A stretch of 64,000 bases of DNA, from sequence record MK327934.1. One strand, given 5' to 3'. Made by a program: the position numbers and the translations under genes. Origin of the DNA: Escherichia phage vB_EcoM_G2469. How positions within the stretch are numbered: the stretch's first letter is position 1; each line of letters begins with the position of its first letter. The notes beneath the pieces were generated by a model. It was not told the origin of the DNA, searched no databases, and saw nothing but the letters and a program-made list of their open reading frames with translations. Shown in pieces: positions 1 through 8,869 of this stretch.

Positions 1-112
1 CGTCTAAACGAAGTGTACAGTACTGCTTGAGTACGTCTTCAAATGGTGGGACATAACCGTTCTTACAAATTTCTTCTACTCTAGCATCAGAATGGTGTGT
101 AAAAGCATTCAT
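1..112 (-). CDS. hypothetical protein, N-terminal fragment (gene runs past window start)
   Basis: ATG at 112..110 (complement), frame open to position 1, N-terminus MNAFTHHSDARVEEICKNGYVPPFEDVLKQ; no clear SD; early-type promoter upstream. Confidence 0.3.
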   Translation of the reverse strand, partial: MNAFTHHSDARVEEICKNGYVPPFEDVLKQYCTLRLD

Positions 113-229
113 CAGGGATAGATAAGGACCAGTTAAAAATGTTCTCATTTAGTTTCTCTTTTAGGTTGGGCCATTCCGTGGCGCATGAATTGTCCATTTC
201 TGTATTTACCCCTCCAAGTAATTATGAAT

Positions 230-259
230 ATACTATCACAATTCTAGGAGAAAGTAAAC
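230..259 (-). promoter_or_regulatory. sigma70-type early promoter
   Basis: GTTTAC-N18-TAGTAT on minus strand. Confidence 0.4.
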
Positions 260-261
260 TG

Positions 262-564
262 TTATTTACCTTTAATTACTTTAGCTGCTTCGATAGCCGC
301 TTGCTGAAGGTCATCCATAGACATACCGAATTTAGAAGCAAAGTTATCAATTTTCTTTTCGACAGCATTCAAAGGCTTGGCCTGTTTACCTTCATTAGCG
401 CCAGGAAGAGCGAGAATACGCTCTTTGTCAATATAAAGGCTTACAAGTTTCTTACGGTCTTTATCGGACAAATCATGAAATGAATGGGCCTTTTTATTTA
501 TAGCGGCTTCTAATTTACCTGCACTCACTCGCGCTTCAGTAATAAATTCTTGATATGTTTTCAT
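262..564 (-). CDS. CTS-bearing internal (capsid-packaged) protein, IPII-like by size and position
   Basis: 100 aa ORF; N-terminus MKTYQEFITEA matches the T4 capsid targeting sequence MKTYQEFIAE; lies beside denV and e. Confidence 0.7.
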   Translation of the reverse strand: MKTYQEFITEARVSAGKLEAAINKKAHSFHDLSDKDRKKLVSLYIDKERILALPGANEGKQAKPLNAVEKKIDNFASKFGMSMDDLQQAAIEAAKVIKGK

Positions 565-605
565 ATGTTTCCTTTAAATGTAAATAGGTCCGAGTATTAG
601 CTTTA

Positions 606-1184
606 TTAGGAATTACGGGCTGCATTAGCAACGGCGTAAGCGTACTGAACATTAGCGTCTTTAAACGTGCCCTTAGTTGTATCTAGTTCTACCTTAAAAC
701 CGCCTTTAGCCATAACATCGGCAAATTCTTTACGGAAAGCCATTGCATCAAGACCTTTCCATGATGATTTATGCTTGGCAAATTCAAGACCTGCGAAGTT
801 GACAGCTTTAGCTAATTTATTATCAATGACCCATTTACCTGCTTTAGGCACAAACTTCGGACCTTTTTGTTTAGAGAACAGTTTTAAATTCCAGCGACGA
901 AGGTCACTGTCGGCTTTAACAAAAGCTGCGTCTAAGTTACTAGCAACAACATCTTCAATATGAGCAAATTTAAGTCCGTCAACTTCAATATTTAGATCAT
1001 TACGCCAGCGTAGTCCTTCCCAAGCGAAGGCTTTAAAGTCGGAAGCCTTTGTAGCTAAGTACCGTTCAATAGGAGCTGTTTTAGGGTCAAAGCCGTTTCC
1101 GCCACGATAATTCCACTCGTCCTTATTAATGCCTTGAGCTTTTCCTGCAAAGGCTTCGGCGATAAATTCTTTATATGTTTTCAT
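606..1184 (-). CDS. CTS-bearing internal protein, IPIII-like by size
   Basis: 192 aa ORF; N-terminus MKTYKEFIAEA (CTS); sigma70-type promoter TTTAC-N18-TATAAT upstream at 1215..1244. Confidence 0.7.
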   Translation of the reverse strand: MKTYKEFIAEAFAGKAQGINKDEWNYRGGNGFDPKTAPIERYLATKASDFKAFAWEGLRWRNDLNIEVDGLKFAHIEDVVASNLDAAFVKADSDLRRWNLKLFSKQKGPKFVPKAGKWVIDNKLAKAVNFAGLEFAKHKSSWKGLDAMAFRKEFADVMAKGGFKVELDTTKGTFKDANVQYAYAVANAARNS

Positions 1185-1214
1185 TTTTGTTTCCTTGTTT
1201 GTTTTGATAGAGTA

Positions 1215-1244
1215 ATTATACCATATTAATACTTAAGCGTAAAC
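1215..1244 (-). promoter_or_regulatory. sigma70-type early promoter
   Basis: GTTTAC-N18-TATAAT on minus strand upstream of 606..1184. Confidence 0.5.
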
Positions 1245-1247
1245 AAT

Positions 1248-1508
1248 TTAAGCTTTACCGCCAGAAATAATTCCGAAGTTGTTAAAATCGTATCCAATAT
1301 CGTCAACATCTACTTTAGGACTTACTACAACATAAGCAATTTCACTACGTTTTGCATAGGTGTTGATTTCTTTACCATCGCCACCTAAGAAAGAATACCC
1401 ATTACGTTTTAATGAGCCAAAGTCTTCGGCATCACCAATGAAAGCTTTAACTTTAAATTTAGGACCTTTGGCATCTGCTTCAGCGATAAATTCTTGATAC
1501 ATTTTCAT
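1248..1508 (-). CDS. CTS-bearing small internal protein (novel member)
   Basis: 86 aa ORF; N-terminus MKMYQEFIAEA; immediately downstream of denV on the same strand. Confidence 0.6.
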   Translation of the reverse strand: MKMYQEFIAEADAKGPKFKVKAFIGDAEDFGSLKRNGYSFLGGDGKEINTYAKRSEIAYVVVSPKVDVDDIGYDFNNFGIISGGKA

Positions 1509-1514
1509 TTTTCC

Positions 1515-1928
1515 TTAGTAAATTGATTTACCATAGTATTTGTACCAAGTCGGACGTTGAGCAATTTTTTCATCTAAGCGTGCTTGACTTATCGCAATGG
1601 ACGCTTCAGACGGGACGTAATTATTACGAAATTCTATAGGAATGTCGGAAATATCCTGGACAGTCGTGTCCTTGATTTTGAAACCACGTTTCAAACATTC
1701 GGCTATTAGCTCGATTTGACGTAAACGTAAAAATTCGAGTTTGTCGTAAAAGAATGTTACGTGACCTGTGCCTAAGATAAATGTTGGAGAGATTTTAAAA
1801 TCCTTTACACGTTTACCGTTTTGAACATGTTTACGGACTGCACCAAATACGCGTGGTAATTCACGATACTCAGCCATAAGATGTTGGTCGGTCAGTTCAG
1901 AAACAAGTGTTAAATTGATACGGGTCAT
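1515..1928 (-). CDS. denV: endonuclease V (pyrimidine-dimer DNA glycosylase/AP lyase)
   Basis: [12 protein letters not shown]...[10 protein letters not shown] matches T4 DenV along its length; ATG taken at 1928 (track ORF starts 4 codons earlier). Confidence 0.93.
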   Translation of the reverse strand: MTRINLTLVSELTDQHLMAEYRELPRVFGAVRKHVQNGKRVKDFKISPTFILGTGHVTFFYDKLEFLRLRQIELIAECLKRGFKIKDTTVQDISDIPIEFRNNYVPSEASIAISQARLDEKIAQRPTWYKYYGKSIY

Positions 1929-1964
1929 AATTTCCTCCAAGTAGTTGATGAATGTATAGTATCA

Positions 1965-1994
1965 AAGTCCTTGGAGGAAGTAAACACTATTTTT
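1965..1994 (-). promoter_or_regulatory. sigma70-type early promoter for denV
   Basis: GTTTAC-N18-TACTAT on minus strand, flanked by a 10-bp inverted repeat TTCCTCCAAG/CTTGGAGGAA. Confidence 0.45.
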
Positions 1995-2268
1995 CTGAAG
2001 CGCCTGAAATATATTTTTCAAGACGCTGTTTCATCAACGAGCCGTTCTTAGCGATTTCTTCCGGTTTATCGCACATACGCAACAATGCTTCAAGCTTAAC
2101 GATATCACTGGTGCGCTCAAATTTGCGAGTATCTATCTTACTAGCAAGTTCAGAAATACGTGCTAATAGACTTTCGGCTTCAACCAAAGCTGCACCTAGC
2201 TTAGTTGCAAATGTGTCAGTAGCTTCGTTAAGAATAGATTCTGATAAAAATTCACTATATGTTTTCAT
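1987..2268 (-). CDS. CTS-bearing small internal protein (novel member)
   Basis: Internal ATG gives [11 protein letters not shown] (CTS-like); start overlaps the e stop codon as ATGA (translational coupling). Confidence 0.55.
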   Translation of the reverse strand: MKTYSEFLSESILNEATDTFATKLGAALVEAESLLARISELASKIDTRKFERTSDIVKLEALLRMCDKPEEIAKNGSLMKQRLEKYISGASEK

Positions 2269-2753
2269 ATATACGCTTTCCAAGTTCCTGTTTTAAATGT
2301 TGAGATTACGCGTTTCGCGCGATTAGGTGTCTGACGATACCATTTAGATTGGGCTAGATTTACTGCCGCTTCGTCCCAACGTTTCTGTTGAAGCATACGA
2401 AGAGAATTAGTAAAACCGGCGACGCCTGCTACACCCATTTGGAAGACCATATTGACCAATGCACAACGACGAACCGCATCTAAAGAATCATATACCGGTT
2501 TAAGTTTAGCATTACCCAAGATTCCGCGAACGGCTTTATCAACGTCTTCATTAAATAGCTTTTCAGCCTCATCAAGGGTAATTGTACCGTTGCATTTACG
2601 ACCGATCATTCTGTCAAGTTCAGCTTTAGCTACGGCTAAAGACGGGTTCTTTGTTACCAAATGGCCTATGCCAATCGTCCAAAAGCCTTCAGTGTCTTTG
2701 TATAAAGTCAGTCTAAGACCTTCGTCATTACGAAGCATTTCAAATATATTCAT
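2265..2753 (-). CDS. e: endolysin (T4 lysozyme)
   Basis: [32 protein letters not shown]... near-identical to T4 lysozyme; GGAGG SD before the ATG at 2753. Confidence 0.97.
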   Translation of the reverse strand: MNIFEMLRNDEGLRLTLYKDTEGFWTIGIGHLVTKNPSLAVAKAELDRMIGRKCNGTITLDEAEKLFNEDVDKAVRGILGNAKLKPVYDSLDAVRRCALVNMVFQMGVAGVAGFTNSLRMLQQKRWDEAAVNLAQSKWYRQTPNRAKRVISTFKTGTWKAYI

Positions 2754-2787
2754 AATACCTCCCACGTTTATAGGAGGTATTTATTAC

Positions 2788-3246
2788 TTATAGGAGGGTA
2801 GTGAGCACCTTATATAATGATTTGCCCATTACATATTCCCATTGAGAAGGTTTAATTAAAGCGAATGCATCAAATTCAGGAATCTGTCGTCCGTCTGGGA
2901 ATGTATGATAGGAATTACAAACACTGTTTCTGAATTGCTCGTGCTCTACAGGGATGGTATATTGGAACAGATGAATATTCTTATTGTCTGAGTAATGATG
3001 TTCACCTAGGTCTTTCAGGAAGGCAGGGTCATATTGTGTAAACCCAGTTTCTTCTTCGCATTCACGAATAGCGGCTTCAATAGGAGATTCGCCAGGTTCG
3101 ACACGGCCTTTAGGAATATCCCACCGATGAGCTAAAGAACCTTTAGGACGAGAACCAGTTACACGGCCCATGAATAATTCTTTATCTTCGGTAAGGAAAA
3201 TAATACCAGCTGATAGTTCTTTCACTTTATTTTTCTTACTCATCAT
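2788..3246 (-). CDS. nudE: Nudix hydrolase
   Basis: Nudix box GRVEPGESPIEAAIRECEEETGF; position directly downstream of e as in T4 (e.1). Confidence 0.85.
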   Translation of the reverse strand: MMSKKNKVKELSAGIIFLTEDKELFMGRVTGSRPKGSLAHRWDIPKGRVEPGESPIEAAIRECEEETGFTQYDPAFLKDLGEHHYSDNKNIHLFQYTIPVEHEQFRNSVCNSYHTFPDGRQIPEFDAFALIKPSQWEYVMGKSLYKVLTTLL

Positions 3247-3472
3247 CTCGGTCCCATGATTTGGCCATTAATTCGGACATAAATTCTTCAATGCGCGTTT
3301 CTTTAGATGGACTTTCACTATTAGAGACCGCAAGTTTGTAATCTGCAATAGGACAGAACATATCAAGGTCCATATTAAGATCGTCTTTGATTTTTTCTTC
3401 TGACACATCTTTATCGTATGTGTACAGATAACTATCACATGATTCTGATTTAATGTAAATTGCTATACTCAT
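3236..3472 (-). CDS. small acidic hypothetical protein
   Basis: ORF in track (3236..3487); the ATG at 3472 has an AGGAA SD and overlaps the upstream stop as ATGA, so 3472 is preferred. Confidence 0.5.
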   Translation of the reverse strand: MSIAIYIKSESCDSYLYTYDKDVSEEKIKDDLNMDLDMFCPIADYKLAVSNSESPSKETRIEEFMSELMAKSWDRDDE

Positions 3473-3867
3473 CTCAAATTCCTGCATTCGGTAATAAAAC
3501 GTTCAACTTCATTATTCTTGGCCTTTATCTTGTCTTTACGTTCCTGTAAACTACTTTTAACAAGATTAATAATGATGCCTACAGTACCTCCACCAATAAT
3601 ACCACCAATAATACTTACGATAGTAGATGCTAATAAGATAGCGATAATATCTAGTATAGCAAAGGCACTTACTTTAGTACTAAAAAACCACACTGACGGT
3701 ACAAATATAATCCATCCTGTTATCCATTGGCACTTATTGAAAAACTTTTCAAGCTCAGCTTGAGTTGTTCGTATTACTTCATCGATAGGTTGATATCCAT
3801 TAATGTATCTGTTCACGATAATACCTGCTGGCTGGTTGATTTTAAATTCTTGGCAAATATGTTTCAC
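3469..3867 (-). CDS. hypothetical membrane protein
   Basis: 132 aa; hydrophobic segments (WIIFVPSVWFF, AILDIIAILLASTIVSIIGGIIGGG). Confidence 0.6.
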   Translation of the reverse strand: MKHICQEFKINQPAGIIVNRYINGYQPIDEVIRTTQAELEKFFNKCQWITGWIIFVPSVWFFSTKVSAFAILDIIAILLASTIVSIIGGIIGGGTVGIIINLVKSSLQERKDKIKAKNNEVERFITECRNLR

Positions 3868-3948
3868 TAAGTAGGATGGACATCCTGTCCAATCTACTGA
3901 ATAATACGAAATACCTTCGTTGATTAGACCAATATGTTTTGTTAATCA

Positions 3949-4635
3949 TTACCAGCCTTCCATAGGGAATTCCAGATAAACTTGAGCGTTGACACGAATT
4001 TCATTGGTAATCTTTTTAACTCGGTCTGTATTACGAGATACACGTCCGAACCAACGCCATCCGTTACTAATTGCACGAGAACCAGTGTGCCATGTTTGCC
4101 AATCAAACTGAAGAAGAGTACGGTCTGGAGCTTCCCATTTCTCTAGTTCACCTTTTTCAATTTTTTCGAGGACTTCTTTGTGCCACTGACGATAGATAAG
4201 TTCGCCATCAGGAATCTGACTGAACTCTGCAGTTCCTGTTGCAAAATGAGTAGGACACACATCAGCGTTAACAAGACCAAGAATATGTTCAGACAAATAG
4301 CGAGGATTGTCATAATCTGGTTGTCCTGCTGTAATAAAGTGTTGACCGACTGGAATATCAGGGCGTGGTATGTCGTCATGGTGATATCCAGGAATAGCAG
4401 GATACCAACCAGGCATCAGCATGTGGACTCGTGAATCAAATACTACATCAGAGTCTTTCCAATCGTCAGGAAGATTTTGGATAAAGCTACGAGTAATTGG
4501 GCCGCCATTATCAAAAGCAAAATTCAAATCGCAGTTAAAGAACATAGGCTCGTTTTTAATCTGGTTGTTTTTAATCGCATGAGCAAAACCACCTACTGCA
4601 CGAGCTTGACTATTAAACACTTTAGAACTATTCAT
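3949..4635 (-). CDS. hypothetical protein (228 aa)
   Basis: Long ORF with GAGGAAAA SD upstream of the ATG at 4635. Confidence 0.65.
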   Translation of the reverse strand: MNSSKVFNSQARAVGGFAHAIKNNQIKNEPMFFNCDLNFAFDNGGPITRSFIQNLPDDWKDSDVVFDSRVHMLMPGWYPAIPGYHHDDIPRPDIPVGQHFITAGQPDYDNPRYLSEHILGLVNADVCPTHFATGTAEFSQIPDGELIYRQWHKEVLEKIEKGELEKWEAPDRTLLQFDWQTWHTGSRAISNGWRWFGRVSRNTDRVKKITNEIRVNAQVYLEFPMEGW

Positions 4636-4636
4636 A

Positions 4637-4942
4637 TTATTTTCCTCGACATTCTTTAATGAAATTTTCTAGATTGGTAGATTCAATAGCTTTTTTACGA
4701 GCTTCTGCGTGTTCTTCTTCTGACAATTTACATTTATAATTGACCCAGACATTATGGTCGAAACTAGTCGTGGCATATAATAACAAAGCTCCGACGAATA
4801 ATAAAAACGGTGATAAGAATACAAAACCAGGAACACCATCCATACTGTAAGCCTTTTGTAATACTGCAACAGAAAGAGTTGCGTAAAAAAGTGATGCAAA
4901 TATTGTTAAAAGACCAATTCGGTTGGTTTCGCCTAATTTCAT
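4637..4942 (-). CDS. hypothetical membrane protein
   Basis: 101 aa, two hydrophobic helices; GGAG SD; leader plus ATG identical over 24 bp to that of the 9377..9682 gene. Confidence 0.6.
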   Translation of the reverse strand: MKLGETNRIGLLTIFASLFYATLSVAVLQKAYSMDGVPGFVFLSPFLLFVGALLLYATTSFDHNVWVNYKCKLSEEEHAEARKKAIESTNLENFIKECRGK

Positions 4943-4962
4943 AATATTCTCCTCATGTTTTG
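4939..4962. repeat. 24-bp exact repeat, copy 1 (leader, SD and ATG)
   Basis: TCATAATATTCTCCTCATGTTTTG identical to 9679..9702. Confidence 0.85.
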
Positions 4963-4970
4963 GTAGGACT

Positions 4971-4999
4971 ACTATAACATAGTCCTATAATTGTGTAAA
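4971..4999 (-). promoter_or_regulatory. sigma70-type early promoter (cassette)
   Basis: TTTACA-N17-TATAGT with TGn extended -10; lies in the repeated TAGGACTACTATAACATAGTCCTA motif. Confidence 0.5.
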
Positions 5000-5012
5000 C
5001 AGTTTTGCGAAA

Positions 5013-5969
5013 TTATTTGAAAGGTTTTACCATATGGAAATTTTGTTTGAAACGTTTGACGTAATCGTCATGTCCTAAGCTTTGGTACATACTTACTACT
5101 TTGCTGTAGTTTTCCCAGGCGTATTCACGGAACCAACCGGAGGTGATGCTTGTGCAGACTTTTTCTAATGCCATCATGAAACTGGCTTCAGGGTTAATTT
5201 TAAAGTCATTAGGAATCTGAGAACGTTCTAATGCTAGTACACATGATTCTTCATATACACCGGCCAATTTGACCATTTCTGGTAACGATTCGAACTTCTC
5301 GCGTGAGGTCATGACTTCAGAACCGTCTTTCATATAAAATGTATAAGCCGGACGGTCTGTTAGTGCAATGGCTTCATGAATAGTATCATGGTCATATGTA
5401 TAGATGTCATCTTTAAAGAACGCACTTTTAGAAGTGTCAAGAACCGGGTGAGCATAGTTCAAGGTTTCTTTCTGGCGTTTCAGCATAATTTCAGTAAGTT
5501 CATCGTTCAGTGTAACACCTTTACCACGAAGATACTGAATATGGTTCATAGTCTTTAAAAAGAATGGATTATTTTTCTTGAAACGATGAGACATCTTAAT
5601 TGCAAGGCACATCTCAGGAGTTGCCCAGTAAAACCCGTTCAAACGGTCTTTAGTCAAATTTTTCTTGGCGTATTTTAAAAGGTCATAAGAAGACGTGAAA
5701 TCTTCAGGAGTGAGTTCACCAACTAATTCACGGACATTAGTGATTGCCGGAACAATATATGCTTCAAAATGAGTTTCGCGTCCATTATGGAAGCATTTGA
5801 AAACTTGGACATCAGGGTTATCTTGGTGAACATATACACCCATCATTTGATTTTTGAATGCATTCCAAGAACATTGGTCCGCAATAAAGTCCCAATCACT
5901 ATTTTTGATAGCGCTAGAATCAATAAGACCGTGATAGTGAAGTGCACGAGAACCAATAACCAACATCAT
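5013..5969 (-). CDS. hypothetical protein with possible nucleotidyltransferase-like GS...DxD motif
   Basis: 318 aa; N-terminal VIGSRALHYHGLIDSSAIKNSDWDFIAD; GAGGAAAA SD; function is inferred only. Confidence 0.65.
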   Translation of the reverse strand: MMLVIGSRALHYHGLIDSSAIKNSDWDFIADQCSWNAFKNQMMGVYVHQDNPDVQVFKCFHNGRETHFEAYIVPAITNVRELVGELTPEDFTSSYDLLKYAKKNLTKDRLNGFYWATPEMCLAIKMSHRFKKNNPFFLKTMNHIQYLRGKGVTLNDELTEIMLKRQKETLNYAHPVLDTSKSAFFKDDIYTYDHDTIHEAIALTDRPAYTFYMKDGSEVMTSREKFESLPEMVKLAGVYEESCVLALERSQIPNDFKINPEASFMMALEKVCTSITSGWFREYAWENYSKVVSMYQSLGHDDYVKRFKQNFHMVKPFK

Positions 5970-5997
5970 AATATTTTCCTCGGATTAATTCATTAAC

Positions 5998-6249
5998 TTA
6001 AATTTCACGACATGCGATATTATATTCATCCCAGAGGTCATCATGTGAAGCCTCTACCAAAGGAACGATTGTACCGTTTATGTCTTCATTATAAGGGCAA
6101 ATTGTACAGTGCGCATCTTCGAATCGGATGCCTTTGTGTTCAGATTTTTTATAACGCATATCGAATATCTTTGCAAACTTTTCACGAGTAATGGTTTTAC
6201 CAACCACTTTGGTTCCGATACTTTCGTAATAAATCATTGTGGACTCCAT
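5998..6249 (-). CDS. small hypothetical protein, Cys/His-containing
   Basis: 83 aa; early promoter at 6266..6294. Confidence 0.55.
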   Translation of the reverse strand: MESTMIYYESIGTKVVGKTITREKFAKIFDMRYKKSEHKGIRFEDAHCTICPYNEDINGTIVPLVEASHDDLWDEYNIACREI

Positions 6250-6265
6250 TTGTTTTGATAGGACT

Positions 6266-6294
6266 ACTATAACATAGCCCTATCTTGTTGTAAA
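6266..6294 (-). promoter_or_regulatory. sigma70-type early promoter (cassette)
   Basis: TTTACA-N17-TATAGT, same repeated motif. Confidence 0.5.
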
Positions 6295-6299
6295 CTGTT

Positions 6300-6497
6300 T
6301 TAGCAAGAATAACTAGATGATACCCAGCCTTGAACAGTGATACTATTGTGGGATAATGAGATCGCGTCCTGGAGATTCAGACCTGCGTTATCTTCAATCC
6401 ATAATGTAACTTCTTCGCGTTCTTCTGTTGCAATTTGGAACAGGTTTTCCAGGGCAGCTACTGCCGTACGTACAGCACAATCTAATTCACGAGACAT
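6300..6497 (-). CDS. small hypothetical protein, C-terminal WVSSSYSC tail (paralog 1 of 3)
   Basis: 65 aa; AAGGAA SD; conserved C-terminal tail shared with the next two ORFs. Confidence 0.55.
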   Translation of the reverse strand: MSRELDCAVRTAVAALENLFQIATEEREEVTLWIEDNAGLNLQDAISLSHNSITVQGWVSSSYSC

Positions 6498-6506
6498 ATG
6501 ATTTCC

Positions 6507-6779
6507 TTAACAAGTGTGAGAAGATGCAACCCAACCGCCATCTTCAAGGCTCAGGTTGTAGTCGTATTGGTAAACGTCGGCCCATTCAGCATAGCCGTTT
6601 TTTGTACAACGTTCAAGATCGGCTTTAAGATGTCCGGGTGAATGATAGGTTCCACCCATACCATAAGCTGGGTACAAGTCGAATGTTGTGTTTTGTTTAT
6701 CAGCAATTTCTTTGGCAGCCTCAATAGCTGCATAGATTTTTGCTACAGCTTCAGCCAGTTCGGTTTGTTCTTTAGACAT
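6507..6779 (-). CDS. small hypothetical protein, C-terminal WVASSHTC tail (paralog 2 of 3)
   Basis: 90 aa; AAGGAA SD. Confidence 0.6.
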   Translation of the reverse strand: MSKEQTELAEAVAKIYAAIEAAKEIADKQNTTFDLYPAYGMGGTYHSPGHLKADLERCTKNGYAEWADVYQYDYNLSLEDGGWVASSHTC

Positions 6780-6788
6780 AATGATTCC

Positions 6789-7094
6789 TTAGCACAACGC
6801 TGAAGACGAAACCCAAGCACCTTCAGTAATAACGTAACCATTACCTTCACGCTTAACATCGCCACCATTATTTTCAATTTCATTTTTCATCCACTGGGAT
6901 ACGATTTCACCCTTAGGATAATAAGTACGACCGCTACCATAATCACCTACAGAAAATGATACGGCATATTGGTCTGCGATCTTTGTTGCTTCTTCTTCAA
7001 TACGTTCAGCTTGATTCAGAAGTTTATAAATTGCATCTGAAGCGGATTTGGCATCATTAAACTCTGGTACTTTAATTTCAATAATCTTACTCAT
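6789..7094 (-). CDS. small hypothetical protein, C-terminal WVSSSALC tail (paralog 3 of 3)
   Basis: 101 aa; AAGGAA SD; promoter GTTTAC-N17-TATAAT at 7155..7183. Confidence 0.6.
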   Translation of the reverse strand: MSKIIEIKVPEFNDAKSASDAIYKLLNQAERIEEEATKIADQYAVSFSVGDYGSGRTYYPKGEIVSQWMKNEIENNGGDVKREGNGYVITEGAWVSSSALC

Positions 7095-7154
7095 TTTCTA
7101 CATTCCTTAATAAAGTTTTCTATTGTTTCATTTTCACGTCTAGCTAGGAGTTCA

Positions 7155-7183
7155 TTATAACTAATCATTTGAGAAGCGTAAAC
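7155..7183 (-). promoter_or_regulatory. sigma70-type early promoter
   Basis: GTTTAC-N17-TATAAT on minus strand. Confidence 0.5.
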
Positions 7184-7192
7184 AGCATAAAT

Positions 7193-7585
7193 TCAGTTCA
7201 GGCTTTTGCATCTTATTTCCTTAACGAATTCCATAGCTTCTTCATATTCATACTTTTTAACAGCTTCATCATACTGAGCTTTGGCTTTCGCGCACTGAAC
7301 TTTCCATTCACGAACTCGAGCTCTGTGATGACGGCCTTGGTACCAATATCCCACCAAGTTAATAGGCATTAATAAAAATGGCACAATAAACGACCCGGCT
7401 ATAATAAGTAAAAACACTGCATCAGACGATATAACTTCACTAGAATCTAAAACAGCTCCTATAATCATAAAGATTAAAAATGCTAAAGCTAAAATAGGGC
7501 CAAATAGTACTTCATTTGGGATTAATTTACGCTTGTATTCGTATGCCCAGGGCTTAATTGGCATGTACAGGGTTGGCTTTGACAT
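7193..7585 (-). CDS. hypothetical membrane protein
   Basis: Two hydrophobic helices; track start at 7615 is a TTG; in-frame ATGs at 7585 and 7564, so the start is uncertain. Confidence 0.5.
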   Translation of the reverse strand: MSKPTLYMPIKPWAYEYKRKLIPNEVLFGPILALAFLIFMIIGAVLDSSEVISSDAVFLLIIAGSFIVPFLLMPINLVGYWYQGRHHRARVREWKVQCAKAKAQYDEAVKKYEYEEAMEFVKEIRCKSLN

Positions 7586-8156
7586 ATTCTCTACATTCCA
7601 TAATAAATTGCTCAAGGATTAAATTGTTAGTGAAATTAGGACTAACAACCATAGTTTCATAAAGCGCATCAATAGCACTTAAAGCATCAACTCTTTTAAG
7701 CAAAGGCTTGCCTTCATACATAGTTTCAGAATCGATGATTAACGTAAAGTAATATTTTTTATTATCGACTAGAACTTCCGTATCGATATAAAACATATTA
7801 GACCTCAGAAGCTTATCTCTAAAACCATAATAATCTTCAGAGCGTTCGCTGATATATTCCCATTCAGTGTTTAAACAACAAACAGACCATGTAGGAGCAA
7901 CGAAATCAGTGAATCTAATATCATGGTCTGCAACTAGTTTAGCAATAGCTCCGATATCATGAATCATAATACCTGGGGCTAATAAAGATTTTCTGCTATG
8001 GCTAGCCGTTTTCTCAGTAGTCTCATAAGAAGACGACCAGTACCATTTACGTCCAGTTGCAACATATCGTAATGAATCAACTAAAGACGTAGGTGGATTT
8101 ACCTTATTTCGGAACTCTTCGAACATTGAGTCAATATCATTATTTTGGTTTCGCAT
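7554..8156 (-). CDS. hypothetical protein (about 200 aa)
   Basis: Track start at 8177 is TTG; the ATG at 8156 is preceded by AAAGGAG SD. Confidence 0.6.
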   Translation of the reverse strand: MRNQNNDIDSMFEEFRNKVNPPTSLVDSLRYVATGRKWYWSSSYETTEKTASHSRKSLLAPGIMIHDIGAIAKLVADHDIRFTDFVAPTWSVCCLNTEWEYISERSEDYYGFRDKLLRSNMFYIDTEVLVDNKKYYFTLIIDSETMYEGKPLLKRVDALSAIDALYETMVVSPNFTNNLILEQFIMECREYVKANPVHAN

Positions 8157-8180
8157 GTTAACTCCTTTATTATCCAAAAG

Positions 8181-8198
8181 GAGGACCGGAGTCCTCCG
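8181..8198 (-). terminator. stem-loop / terminator
   Basis: GGAGGACUCCGGUCCUCC followed by UUUUGG on minus strand, then SD and ATG of the next gene. Confidence 0.5.
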
Positions 8199-8205
8199 TA
8201 TTATT

Positions 8206-8799
8206 TTATTTCAAAGAGTTAATATATTCTTGTACATCAGCAGAAGTGGTTTCGACGCCAGCTGGAGTGCCATTGAACGTTTCAACACGAGTCAGAGTGT
8301 CTTCGATATCAACCTTAGTCAGTGCAGCGATTTCAATTACATCATCAGCCGTAGAGATACCAAGGGCATTGGCTGCTCGAGTTTCACGAATGTATTCGAG
8401 TTTGATTGCCAGATTCTGACGAGCATCATCAAGTTCAACCACCTTACGAGCAATTTCAATTCGCATAGCGGCGTACCCGTCAGCTTTTGTATTAAGTTGT
8501 TCGGCAGTTCGACGATACAGAAGACCAAGCTTAGCATGCATAGTAACATCTTGTCCTTCGGCCAGGAGCTTACGAATTTCACGTTCCTTAGAAGCGGCTT
8601 GCTTGTTCTTTTCATTAACAAGTTCGCGAATACGTTTTTCTTCATTAATAGATTTAACAGAAGCCGTTTTTAGTTCTTTGATTTGGGTAATCAACTTATC
8701 TGCAGCTGCGTTATACTGTTCTTCGACAGTCAGATTTTTAGCCATAGCAGTACCCAGTTTAGTGCGGATGAATTCAACAAGTTTCTTCAGTGTGTTCAT
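8206..8799 (-). CDS. coiled-coil protein, possibly PspA/IM30-like
   Basis: 197 aa, heptad-rich and K/E-rich; ATG at 8799 (track start 8814 is TTG); family assignment is a guess. Confidence 0.55.
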   Translation of the reverse strand: MNTLKKLVEFIRTKLGTAMAKNLTVEEQYNAAADKLITQIKELKTASVKSINEEKRIRELVNEKNKQAASKEREIRKLLAEGQDVTMHAKLGLLYRRTAEQLNTKADGYAAMRIEIARKVVELDDARQNLAIKLEYIRETRAANALGISTADDVIEIAALTKVDIEDTLTRVETFNGTPAGVETTSADVQEYINSLK

Positions 8800-8869
8800 A
8801 TTATTACCTTTCAATTGGTGGTTTATTATCCAACGAGAGCATTATACTCTGCTCTCAAGAGTTTGTAAA

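Noticed and set aside
139-483. Plus-strand 114-aa ORF
   Set aside because: Antisense to the CTS gene 262..564, which has a recognisable N-terminal motif; no SD; low-complexity translation.
3469-8177. Shared C-terminal I-x-E-C-R motif in four small proteins (3469..3867, 4637..4942, 5998..6249, 7554..8177)
   Set aside because: In at least two cases the Arg codons coincide with the SD of the downstream gene (AGGAA / GAGGAAAA), so the similarity is partly forced by overlapping translation signals; too short to call a domain.
7554-8814. Longer track versions of ORFs 7193..7615, 7554..8177 and 8206..8814
   Set aside because: Their first codons are TTG; downstream in-frame ATGs with SD sequences (7585, 8156, 8799) are more plausible starts.
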